Below, in pieces: positions 1-9,151 of a DNA stretch of 64,000 nt; the first letter of the stretch is position 1, and each line of letters opens with the position of its first letter. The position numbers and the translations under genes are program-made. The notes below the pieces were generated by a model. The model saw only the letters and a program-made list of their open reading frames with translations, did not search any database and was not told where the DNA came from. The DNA comes from Calonectris borealis (lineage: Eukaryota): positions 680,127 to 744,126 of the forward strand of contig NW_027441456.1 in assembly GCF_964195595.1 (NCBI RefSeq). Reading direction: 5' to 3'.

Positions 1-51
1 ATTGGACAAGGGGCACAAGTCCTCAGCCTCTGGAGGCGAATCCTCTCAGGT

Positions 52-792
52 GTGAAGGAAAGGTATCCCTTGAAGGAAGATGTTATATGCCACCCAGGCA
101 AGTGGACCACTATGGAGAGAGGTATCCAGTACCTGAGGGCATTAGCCGTGCTGGAGGTGATTTATGATGACCTGAACAACGAGCAGTTATCCAAAGACCC
201 AGATGAAGTCAAATGCACCCGACCCATGTGGCGGAAGTTTGCACGGAGCGCACCAGCGTCACGTGCCAACTCATTGGCAGTAATGACTTGGAGAGATGGA
301 GAGGAACAAACAGTGGATGAACTGGCTGGCCAACTCCGGCAGTATGAAGAAAGTCTCTCTTCCTCCCTACGGGCCTGTGTCTCTGCTGTGGAGAAACTGT
401 CTCAGGAGGTCCAGCAACTCAAAGAGGATATGTCCTGCTCCCCACCTGCACGGGCCAGTGTCTCAGCCATTAGGAGCAAGCGTCCCTCTGCTCAAGAGAG
501 GACACATCGTGGGTACACACCCTGGGGCACCCTGTGCTTTTACCTGCGTGACCACGGAGAGGACATGAGGCAGTGGAATGGAAAATCTGCCTCAGCCTTA
601 CAGGCACGCGTACATGAGTTGCAAGGAAAAACCACCACAAAAGGGGGTTCTTCCAGGAAAACTGCTGCCCCAGTCTCCAGCAAGCAGTTCCCCAGACAGG
701 GTAGAAGGACTGATTCCACTTCCGACCTTAACAAAGGGACTTCTGATTCACACTTACAAGAAGTGGATAGTGAATATGATGACCAGGACTAG
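52..792 (+). CDS. gag: ERV-A gag (capsid-like C-terminal part; no CCHC zinc knuckle), intact 246-aa ORF ending in TAG
   Basis: The ORF 'MKERYPLKEDVICHPGKWTTMERGIQYLR...DSEYDDQD' lies directly upstream of the protease and is conserved in all three copies. Confidence 0.7.
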   Translation: MKERYPLKEDVICHPGKWTTMERGIQYLRALAVLEVIYDDLNNEQLSKDPDEVKCTRPMWRKFARSAPASRANSLAVMTWRDGEEQTVDELAGQLRQYEESLSSSLRACVSAVEKLSQEVQQLKEDMSCSPPARASVSAIRSKRPSAQERTHRGYTPWGTLCFYLRDHGEDMRQWNGKSASALQARVHELQGKTTTKGGSSRKTAAPVSSKQFPRQGRRTDSTSDLNKGTSDSHLQEVDSEYDDQD

Positions 793-813
793 AGGGGCCC
801 TGCCTCCAGCCAG

Positions 814-1203
814 GTGGAGGAAAGGGACAACCGGGTTTACTGGACTGTGTGGATTCGATGCCCTGGCACATCAGACCCACAGGAGTATAAGGCTCTCGTA
901 GACACCGGTGCACAGTGCACCCTGATGCCATCAGGCTATAAAGGGGCAGAACCCATTTGTATTTCTGGAGTGACAGGGGGATCCCAAGAGTTAACTGTGT
1001 TGGAGGCTGAAGTGAGCCTGACCGGGAAGGAGTGGCAGAAGCACCCCATTGTGACTGGCCCAGGGGCTCCATGCATCCTTGTCATAGACTACCTCAGGAG
1101 AGGGTATTTCAAGGATCCAAAAGTGTACCGGTGGGCTTTTGGTATAGCTGCCCTGGAGACGGAGGAAATCAAACAGCTGTCCACCTTGCCCGGTCTCTCG
1201 TAG
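814..1203 (+). CDS. pro: ERV-A aspartic protease; same frame as gag, separated from it by a single TAG at 790-792 (readthrough configuration)
   Basis: The sequence contains 'ALVDTGAQCTLMP'. The frame stays open from 793 in frame 1, identical to the gag frame. Confidence 0.85.
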   Translation: MEERDNRVYWTVWIRCPGTSDPQEYKALVDTGAQCTLMPSGYKGAEPICISGVTGGSQELTVLEAEVSLTGKEWQKHPIVTGPGAPCILVIDYLRRGYFKDPKVYRWAFGIAALETEEIKQLSTLPGLS

Positions 1204-1215
1204 GATCCTTCTGTT

Positions 1216-3030
1216 GTGGGGTTGTTGAAGGCCAAAGAACAAGTACCAATCGCTACCACAACAGTGCACCGGCGGCAACATCGCATCAACCGAGACTCTC
1301 TGATCCCCATCCATAAGCTGATTCATCGACTGGAGAGCCAAGGAGTGATCAGCAAGACTCGCTCACCCTTTAACAGTCCCATCTGGCCAGTGCGAAAGTC
1401 CGATGGAGAGTGGAGACTAACAGTAGACTACCGTGGCCTGAACGAAGTCACGCCGCCACTGAGTGCTGCCGTGCCGGACATGCTAGAACTTCAATACAAA
1501 CTGGAATCAAAGGCAGCCAAGTGGTACGCCACCATTGATATCGCTAATGCCTACTTCTCCATCCCTTTGGCGGCAGAGTGCAGGCCACAGTTTGCTTTCA
1601 CTTGGAGGGGCATCCAGTACACCTGGAACCGACTGCCCCGGGGGTGGAAACACAGCCCTACCATTTGCCATGGACTGATCCACACCGCACTGGAACAGGG
1701 TGAGGCTCCGGAACACCTGCAATACATTGATGACATCATTGTGTGGGGCAGCACAGCAGAAGAAGTTTTTGAGAAAGGGGAGAGAATAGTCCAAATCCTT
1801 CTGAAGGCCGGCTTTGCCATAAAACAAAGTAAGGTCAAGGGACCTGCACAGGAGATCCAGTTCTTAGGAATAAAATGGCAAGATGGACGTCATCAGATCC
1901 CAATGGATGTGATCAATAAAATAACAGCCATGTCCCCACCAACTAGCAGAAAGGAAACACAAGCTTTCTTAGGCGTGGTGGGATTTTGGAGAATGCATAT
2001 CCCAAATTACAGTCAGATCGTAAGCCCTCTCTATCACGTGACCCGGAAGAAGAACGATTTCAAATGGGGCCCTGAGCAACGACAAGCCTTTGAACAAATT
2101 AAACGGGAGATAGTTCAGGCAGTAGCCCTTGGGCCAGTCCGGGCAGGACAAGATGTAAAGAATGTGCTCTACACCGCAGCCGGGGAGAATGGTCCTACTT
2201 GGAGCCTCTGGCAGAAAGCACCAGGGGAGACTCGAGGTCGACCCTTAGGGTTCTGGAGTCGGGGATACAGAGGATCCGAGGCCCGCTATACTCCAACTGG
2301 GAAGGAGATATTGGCAGCATATGAAGGGGTTCGAGCTGCTTCGGAAGTGGTTGGTACCGAAGCACAGCTCCTCCTGGCACCCCGACTGCCGGTGCTGGGC
2401 TGGATGTTCAAAGGGAGGGTCCCCTCTACACATCATGCAACCGATGCTACGTGGAGTAAGTGGGTCGCACTGATCACACAACGGGCCCGAATAGGAAACC
2501 CCAGTCGCCCAGGAATCTTGGAGGTGATCACGAACTGGCCAGAAGGCAAAGATTTTGGAATATCCCCAGAGGAGGAGGTGATGCGTGCTGAAGAGGCCCC
2601 ACCGTATAACAAACTACCAGAAAATGAGAAGCAATATGCCCTGTTCACTGATGGGTCCTGTCGCCTTGTGGGAAAGCATCAGAGATGGAAGGCTGCGGTA
2701 TGGAGTCCTATACGCCAGGTCGCAGAAACTGCTGAAGGAGAAGGTGAATCGAGTCAGTTTGCAGAGGTGAAAGCCATCCAGCTGGCCTTGGACATTGCTG
2801 AACGAGAAAAATGGCCAGTACTTTATCTCTATACTGCCTCATGGATGGTGGCAAATGCCCTGTGGGGGTGGTTGCAGCAGTGGAAGCAGAACAACTGGCA
2901 GCGCAGAGGTAAACCCATCTGGGCTGCCGCGTTGTGGCAAGATATTGCTGCCCAGGTAGAGAACCTGGTTGTAAAAGTACGTCACGTAGATGCTCATGTA
3001 CCCAAGAGTCAGGCCACTGAAGAACATTAA
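1216..3030 (+). CDS. pol: ERV-A pol: reverse transcriptase + RNase H; same frame as pro after TAG 1201-1203; premature TAA at 3028 relative to copy 2
   Basis: RT motifs 'WRLTVDYRGLN' and 'LQYIDDIIVWG', and RNase H 'ALFTDGSC..TAEGEGESSQFAEVKAIQLAL'. Copy 2 reads through here with 'EHQNNQQVDQAAM'. Confidence 0.9.
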   Translation: MGLLKAKEQVPIATTTVHRRQHRINRDSLIPIHKLIHRLESQGVISKTRSPFNSPIWPVRKSDGEWRLTVDYRGLNEVTPPLSAAVPDMLELQYKLESKAAKWYATIDIANAYFSIPLAAECRPQFAFTWRGIQYTWNRLPRGWKHSPTICHGLIHTALEQGEAPEHLQYIDDIIVWGSTAEEVFEKGERIVQILLKAGFAIKQSKVKGPAQEIQFLGIKWQDGRHQIPMDVINKITAMSPPTSRKETQAFLGVVGFWRMHIPNYSQIVSPLYHVTRKKNDFKWGPEQRQAFEQIKREIVQAVALGPVRAGQDVKNVLYTAAGENGPTWSLWQKAPGETRGRPLGFWSRGYRGSEARYTPTGKEILAAYEGVRAASEVVGTEAQLLLAPRLPVLGWMFKGRVPSTHHATDATWSKWVALITQRARIGNPSRPGILEVITNWPEGKDFGISPEEEVMRAEEAPPYNKLPENEKQYALFTDGSCRLVGKHQRWKAAVWSPIRQVAETAEGEGESSQFAEVKAIQLALDIAEREKWPVLYLYTASWMVANALWGWLQQWKQNNWQRRGKPIWAAALWQDIAAQVENLVVKVRHVDAHVPKSQATEEH

Positions 3031-3042
3031 AACAACAAGGAG

Positions 3043-3678
3043 GTGGACCAGGCTGCTATGATCAAAGTGGCTCAGATAGATCTGGACTGGCAACATAAGG
3101 GTGAATTATTTATAGCTCGGTGGACCCACGACACTTCAGGCCATCAAGGAAGAGACGCAACATATAGATGGGCTCGTGATCGAGGGGTGCACTTGACCAT
3201 GGACACTATTGCACAGGTTATCCATGAATGTGAAACATGCGCTGCAATCAAGCAAGCCAAGCGAGTAAAGCCTCTTTGGTATGGAGGACAATGGTTGAAA
3301 TATAAATATGGGGAGGCTTGGCACATGATTATATCACACTCCCACAAACCCGACAAGGCAAGTGCTATGCTTCTCACACCTGTGGAAGTGACCACAGGAT
3401 GGCTGGAATCATATCCCGTGCCCCATGCCATCGCGTGGAACACCGTCCTGAGCCTTGAAAAGCAAGTCCTATGGCGACATGGCACCCCAGAAAGAATTGA
3501 GTCAGACAACGGGACTCACTTCCGAAACACCCTCATAGACACCTGGGCCAAAGAGCACGGCATTGAGGGGGTCTATCACATCCCCTACCACGCACCAGCC
3601 TCTGGGAAAATCGAACGATACAGCGGGCTGTTAAAGACAACACTGAGAGCAATGGGTGGTGGGACATTCAAGCATTAG
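3043..3678 (+). CDS. pol: ERV-A integrase (HHCC + catalytic core), C-terminus truncated by a stop relative to copy 3
   Basis: Zinc finger 'HDTSGHQGRDATYRW...HECETCAAIK' and core residues '..ESDNGTHF..'. Copy 3 extends to '..QGDLILGENSP'. Confidence 0.85.
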   Translation: MDQAAMIKVAQIDLDWQHKGELFIARWTHDTSGHQGRDATYRWARDRGVHLTMDTIAQVIHECETCAAIKQAKRVKPLWYGGQWLKYKYGEAWHMIISHSHKPDKASAMLLTPVEVTTGWLESYPVPHAIAWNTVLSLEKQVLWRHGTPERIESDNGTHFRNTLIDTWAKEHGIEGVYHIPYHAPASGKIERYSGLLKTTLRAMGGGTFKH

Positions 3679-4401
3679 GACACTCATTTAGCAAAGGCCA
3701 CCTGGTTAGTCAACACCAGGGGATCTTTCAATCGAGCTGGCCCTGCCCAATCAAAACCCTTACGCACTGTAGAGGGGGATAAAGTCCCTGTCGTGCATAA
3801 GAAATATGCTGGGGAAGACAGTCTGGGTTACTCCTGCCTCTGGCAAGGGAAAACCCATCCGTGGGCTTGCTTTTGCTCAAGGACCTGGGTGCGCTTGGTG
3901 GGTGATGCGAAAGGATGGGGAAGTCCGGTGTGTACTTCAAGGGGATTTGATTTTGGGTGAAAATAGCCCATGAACTGGATTGTATGATGTTAGTTACTAT
4001 ATAATACTGTATGTCATCACTTCTATGGTTACTCTATGCCATAGTAACAGTATTACAGTAAGAATCACCCAGGTTAATGTAGGATGAACTCTGATGAAAC
4101 CGAGCAAAGTGCAGCGATGATAGAACCGGACGAGCGCCCAGAACTGGCCTCAGCATGCAAGAGCCCAACACCACACACCATCTCTCCTGCCCTGCAAGAC
4201 TGTTACGACAGGTGGAACCCGAAGTTATGGACTAAATGAACTCAATGGACATTTTAGAGGGATGGCCCATGGATTAAGGTAATAATATCTCTGTGTGTGT
4301 ATATATCAAAAGGCAGGAAAAGTGGTGATGACTAATTGGAATGTATTGGAAAATGTGAGACCTGGGCATGATGTAGATGGTACAGAATAAGGGGTGGATA
4401 T

Positions 4402-4740
4402 TGTCCTGGTTCCAGCTGGGACAGAGTTAACCTTCTTCCCAGTAGCTTGGGGGTGTGCTGTGTTTTGGGTTCGGTGTGAAAGGAGCGTTGATGGCCCATT
4501 GATGCTTTGGCTGTTGCTGGGTGGTGCTTGCACTGGGGGGAGCACAGCCAGGGTGGTGGACCCAGCTGGCCAAGGGGGTATTCTATACCATGTGACATCA
4601 TGCTCAGTATAAAAACCAGGTGTGTGGGGGGGCTCGCCCCCCGTTCGTGACACGCGGTCGGCGAGCAGTTGCATTGTGCATCGCCTGCTTTGTATATTCT
4701 GTTACTGTTGTTGTTCTCATTGCTATTATTACTGTTCTAC
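4402..4740 (+). mobile_element. ERV-A 3' LTR (family LTR-A), ~340 bp; diverges from the 5' LTR after 'ttactgttctac' (truncated or chimeric U5 end)
   Basis: It starts 'tgtcctggttccagctgggacagagttaacc', has TATA 'tataaaaacc' at ~4607, and matches the 5' LTRs at 20135 and 42034 for ~340 bp. Confidence 0.85.
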
Positions 4741-5955
4741 GCCACGCAGACTCCCCCCGATTGGGACTCTTGTGAAGCACCAAGCTTGCTGAATGGGTTC
4801 CTTGTGCCACAGGCCCTGGGCTTATCAGAGATGCTGTGGGGACAAACATCCCTCCTCTTGCCAGGGGAGCTCTGTCCCCACAATTAGAGCCGCGTGGCTG
4901 CCTAGGGACAAGCACCCGCTTCATCGTGTCCCTCTGGACAGCCACATCCTGCTCAGAGACAATGCTGGCCTGGGTCGAGGACGAGGGCATTGAAGGGACA
5001 CTCCATGGGGACAGGGGCCTTTGGTGAGCTGTGGCCAAGTCCCGGGCAGGGGCAGGGCAGGAGCCAGAGCCTTGTTGGGGACGGGGTCACTGGGACCCAC
5101 TGTCTGGGGGCAACTCTGCAGAGTGGGAGCCGTGTTGTCTGGGAGGGCACAGTGGCCCCAGGCAGCGGCAGGGTGAGGGCCGGGGCAGGGGATATTCTGC
5201 TCTGTTCTCTGCTCTGGGGAGGCCATGTCTGGGACTGGACCAGTTTGGGGCCTGCAGTGCAAGGGAAATGGGGTGGGCTGGAGCTGGGCACTGTGACCAC
5301 CCCAGCACTTCCTCCAAGCCGAGCCCTTGTGTCCCAGTGCCCAACATTCACCAGTGCTCCCCATTGCCTCCACTGACTGAAGATCCCAGTCACCCAGCTG
5401 TCCCCATTGCCCATTCCCGAAGTTGTCCTCCTACGTCCCAGTGTTCCCAAATCCCAGGGTCCCAGGGGTCAGTCCCAGCCCCCCATTTACCCAAGGGGCT
5501 GGAGAAGGGCCAGAGACAATTCTACTTAGAAACCCTTGGTTTGAGGCTGGCGTCATCTCTGGGGGAGTCCCAGAGGGAAAGGCTGGCCTGGGAGGTGAGA
5601 GGCACTGCGAGATGGCAGTGCTGGGAGGTGAGGGGCACTGGGAGCTGGGGGGATCTAGCTTTGGGGGGCTGTTGGAGGATGGTTTCATGCTGGAGCAGTG
5701 GGTCATCACCATAGGGTTTCCGGCTGTCAGAGGCGCACTGCCCGTCCCCCTCACCACCCACAGATGCCTGGGCCCTTCCATGTGCAGCTGCCCCTTGCAG
5801 GAAGCTGGACTGATGCCGGGGAAGGTGGCTGGATCAGTGCCGGAGGCTGAGGCGACTCTGTGCCAGCGCTAGGCTTGCTGCCAGGGCTGGTGTCTCTGCC
5901 AAGCCTGGCTTTGCCCTGGGGGCTCTCGGGATGGGCAAGGAGGAGTCCTGGGAGG

Positions 5956-5962
5956 GATAAAT
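5956..5962 (+). promoter_or_regulatory. TATA-like box (GATAAAT) ~55 bp upstream of the candidate gene ATG, copy 1
   Basis: 'gggataaatcggcccc' at 5953-5968, followed by a 5'UTR-like run and the ATG at 6016. Confidence 0.4.
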
Positions 5963-6015
5963 CGGCCCCTCACCTTCTCCAGCTTCACCCAGCACTCACC
6001 ACACTACAGAGAAAG

Positions 6016-7754
6016 ATGAAGGTCGCAGCGCTCAGCGTGGCCCTGCTCTTCACCATCCTGCTCTGCACCCCGGAAGATGCTCAGGTGAGTCCCCACTGCC
6101 ATGGGGAGGGGCTCAAGGCTGGGGATGGGTCTTGGCTGCAGGATGTCAGCTCTCTTGCAGAATGAAATTGCAGTGGTGAGCCTGAAACCCCTTGACATGG
6201 CCTCTCCCTTTCCCAAGCAAGGAGCTCCTCCAGGCTCCCCTGCACCTCCAGCCCTGGGCAATGCAGCTCTCTCCCTCCCTCCCTCCATCTGTTCCCCCCT
6301 TCCCCCGCAATTAAACTTCCAGAGCTAGAGTTCCTCAGAGAGTGGTCAGACCTGTCCCTTCCCTAGGAGGGTCCACTGTAAAATCCTGTGAGGGCTCTTC
6401 TCTTGGTGCCCCCACATCTCTCCCTTTTGGCCATCCCCATCCCATCCTTTTGTCCCCCTCAGACATGCCCTCCCCACGATCTCCTCCATGTCCTATCTAG
6501 GGTCCCCAAATGCCCTCCCACTGATCGTTCCCAATGCCTTTCTTTCAGTCTTCCCCCTCAGTCCTTTGCCTTTCATCCTGTCCACTGTGGTAGTGTCCCC
6601 AGATCCCCTTCCTTGAAGTCCCACTCCCAAACATTCTCCCAGTCCCCTTCATTTTGTCCTCTGCAGTCCTCTTCCTTCTGCCCCCACCAACCACCTCGCT
6701 TGAACTCCCCCTATCTCCTCCACTTGAATTTCTTTACCCCTCACTTGCGTCCCACGCAGTCCTGTCCATTCAACGCCCCCAGCCCAGTCCCTTGGGGTCC
6801 GCTAATTCACCCCAGTGCCCTGTCTTTGGGTGCCTCCCGCCCCCATCAGCTTTGGAGACCCCGAATTCCCCACTCTATCCGTGTCTCCATCCCCACCCCT
6901 GGTCCCTGCATGAACAGGTATCCCCGGTGAAACTTGGAGGAATGGGGCTGGGGGGAGCAGAAGGTTTTTTCCCCCTCAGACCAAGGGGAAGCCATGGGCC
7001 TGGGGGGACTGGGGACACCTATGCCCTACCCACAGCCCCACCAAGGTCCAATCCAGACAACACCTTTCCTCTCCTTCCCTAGGCATTCTTCGAAGCAAGT
7101 GGAAGTTATAGCCGGCAAGTAAGTAGTGGGGTGGACTTGGAGGGCATCCAGTCTGGGGAATGGGAGGGCAATTTGGTCCTCCCATCCCTTGCTGGGACTG
7201 GGGACATCCCAGTGACCAGCGAGGTCTCACGGTCTCTCTACAGCTGAGCTACAGTTTCGGGCGAGTGAAGAGGGCTGAGGTAGGTACGATGAGTTCTGCT
7301 GGCTCCAGACCCTCCCGTTGCATGGCCACGACACTCCAGAGCATCCCAGCATAGGCCCCAATAGACCCCACTGCAACCCCAGAGAACACCCCTGCACCAC
7401 AGTGTTTTCCCAGGGAGGCCCCTTTCCCCAGGGCCCCCATTGCCTTCCCATCCATCCCATTACAACCCACTGCACCCCAGGATGTCCCAGTACACAGCCA
7501 CGCACCCAGGTGGGCCCCTTCCCCAGGACGCCCCCTGCTTTCTGTGCACCATCATGGAAACTCATGTACCCCATTTCTCCCTGGAGGCACCTTCCCCAAG
7601 GACCCCATTGCTTTCCCCTGCCTCCCACTCCACCCCAGTGTACCCAAGCATGTCCCCCCACCACTAACCCTCCCTTTCTCCCCAGCCCCTTCTGGCTGAC
7701 CGGGCGGCGGAGCTTGTGCGCCGTAGACGCGTGGCTGCAGCTGTTCATGGCTAG
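6016..7754 (+). CDS. Candidate small secreted peptide precursor gene, copy 1: 4 exons, all phase 0 (6016-6084, 7083-7118, 7244-7279, 7686-7754), 69 aa
   Basis: - Exon 1 encodes 'MKVAALSVALLFTILLCTPEDAQ' and is followed directly by GTGAGT.
- The 36-nt exons have AG acceptors after pyrimidine tracts and GTAAGT/GTAGGT donors.
- The product is 'MKVAALSVALLFTILLCTPEDAQAFFEASGSYSRQLSYSFGRVKRAEPLLADRAAELVRRRRVAAAVHG'.
- The splice phase is conserved in all three copies. Confidence 0.4.
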
Positions 7755-8351
7755 GTGAGCAGCATCAGCCCCGCAAAGGATCCTGGGCCCCAGGGGATCC
7801 CTGAGCCCTCTCGGGTGGGCAGAACTTGGGTATGGGAGAGGGAAACAGAGGGGACTGTCCATGATCCATGTCTCAGGGTGAGCTGGACAGAGCTGCCCCC
7901 ATGCCTTTCCTGGCACCCAGTGGGGCTCTACAGGCCCAGAGGGTCACCGTGCAGGCCAGGCAAGGGCTCTGGTGCCATACAGACCCCCAGGATCACCTTG
8001 AGGGGTGGGCAGGGCTCTGGGAGCTTTAGGGGCATCCTGGGCTAATGACACACTGGGCAAGGGCCTCTAGGTGCCATATGGACCTCAGGAGAGCCAAGTC
8101 CTGTCCTGGGTATACTGAGGGCTCCAATTCCTGTCTCCTTTCCCAGATCCCTGCAGAGAGAGATGGTGGGGGCGAGGCCCCTCTCATGTCTCAGCAGACA
8201 CTGGGGGTCTCATTTTGGGCTCTGTCTTTCAGGACTGGAACTGATGGTGACACCCCTGTCCCATCCCCCTCCAGCGGCATGAGGAGATGATCATCCCTGG
8301 ATGACCCCACCTGGTCCCCTGGGAGGCCTGGGCCATTTCCCTCTAATGATC

Positions 8352-8357
8352 AATAAA
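8352..8357 (+). terminator. Polyadenylation signal AATAAA, putative 3' end of candidate gene copy 1
   Basis: 'ctctaatgatcaataaaccccttcagcaaagc'; the same motif lies at the same unit position in copies 2 and 3. Confidence 0.45.
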
Positions 8358-9096
8358 CCCCTTCAGCAAAGCTACGCTCTGTGTGTCCGTCGGTGTCCTT
8401 GTCCATGTCCCTGTCCATGTCCCCTCTCCTCTGCCAGCGCCCAGATGCCTGGGTTGTTTCTGGCTGCACCACTGCCATGAGCAGAGTGGCTGAGGGACCC
8501 CGGATGCCAGGGGTGTTTCTGTAAAGGAGATCCCCTTCCCACCCACCGTGTGCCCCCAGATAAGGGCACATTAGGGCAAACTGGGGTGTCCCCCCATGAG
8601 GCTGGGAGAGGTAAGGGGCAGATGGTGCCAACCTCCCAGTGTTTTGGAGGCATAACGGGAAACAGGTTCTTACCGGGGCTCTAGTGAGCACCATCCCCCA
8701 AACAGCACAATTTGGTGTTGGGGCAGGAGAGGAGCGTGGACAGGCAGCCCGGATGCCTGGCTGCTCTGCCCCACTCTGGGAGGGGTGGTGGTTCCCTGCC
8801 CCATGGGTTCACCACTCCTGGGTTCACAGGAGATTTCTGAGCTCCATGTGCCCATGTGCCTTCCTGGACCTCCAGCCCACACCCTTCTCTGGGGTACCCC
8901 CCATCACAGGCCAGGAAGGCAGGTCATGGGCACCAGATGCTGCACAGACCTCTCCCTGTCCCCCGCCATGTGTGGCTCAGCTTTGCGGGACTTTGTGTTC
9001 ATTATCTCTTGGCTGTGGTTTTGTCTCTCCAGGCATGCACTGAATTACCACCGACTTTTACGTTAGGAATTTTTCCCTCGCCCCACTGCATGTGAT

Positions 9097-9151
9097 GGGC
9101 TTATTGGGTCTTTTCCAACCTAAATGATTCTGTGATTCTCTGATTCTATGA
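9097..9151 (+). mobile_element. CR1 LINE 3'-terminal fragment (copy 2 equivalent at 30999-31052)
   Basis: 'gggcttattgggtcttttccaacctaaatgattctgtgattctctgattctatga' matches the CR1 3' UTR with its 8-bp tail repeats. Confidence 0.75.

Larger units (their letters stand above)
1..4740 (+). mobile_element. ERV-A provirus copy 1 (5' part outside window): gag-pro-pol(RT/RNaseH/IN), env-less, truncated 3' LTR
   Basis: Protease motif DTGA, RT motif YIDDIIVWG, integrase HHCC zinc finger (H..H..CETC) and DDE region are all present. A purine tract 'agaataaggggtgga' precedes the LTR. Confidence 0.9.
1..8921. repeat. Tandem segmental-duplication unit, partial copy (3' portion of a ~21.9-kb unit; array continues left of window)
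   Basis: Window start 'attggacaaggggcacaagtcc' recurs at 21862 and 43760. All ORFs of 1-8900 recur at +21.86 kb and +43.76 kb with ~98% identity. Confidence 0.85.

Noticed and set aside
3679-4401. env gene between integrase and 3' LTR
   Set aside because: Only ~430-700 bp are present, with no ORF showing a signal peptide, transmembrane or fusion-peptide features. I treat the element as env-less.
6016-7754. Identification of the signal-peptide gene as osteocalcin (BGLAP) or another Gla protein
   Set aside because: It resembles the chicken osteocalcin leader ('MKAAALLLLAALLTFSLC..', propeptide '..AEMVRRQKR'), and osteocalcin shares the four-exon layout. However, no exon encodes the Gla/Cys core ('EVCEL.PDCDELAD..FQEAYRRFYG') anywhere before the poly(A) signal. 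The similarity is too weak to claim.
4604-8900. Many overlapping 100-230-aa ORFs on both strands (e.g. 5031-5714, 7227-7916, 4921-5450)
   Set aside because: The DNA is GC-rich on one side and C/T-rich (proline codons) on the other, so long stop-free runs arise by composition. None has a start context, a splice structure or conservation beyond the duplication copies.
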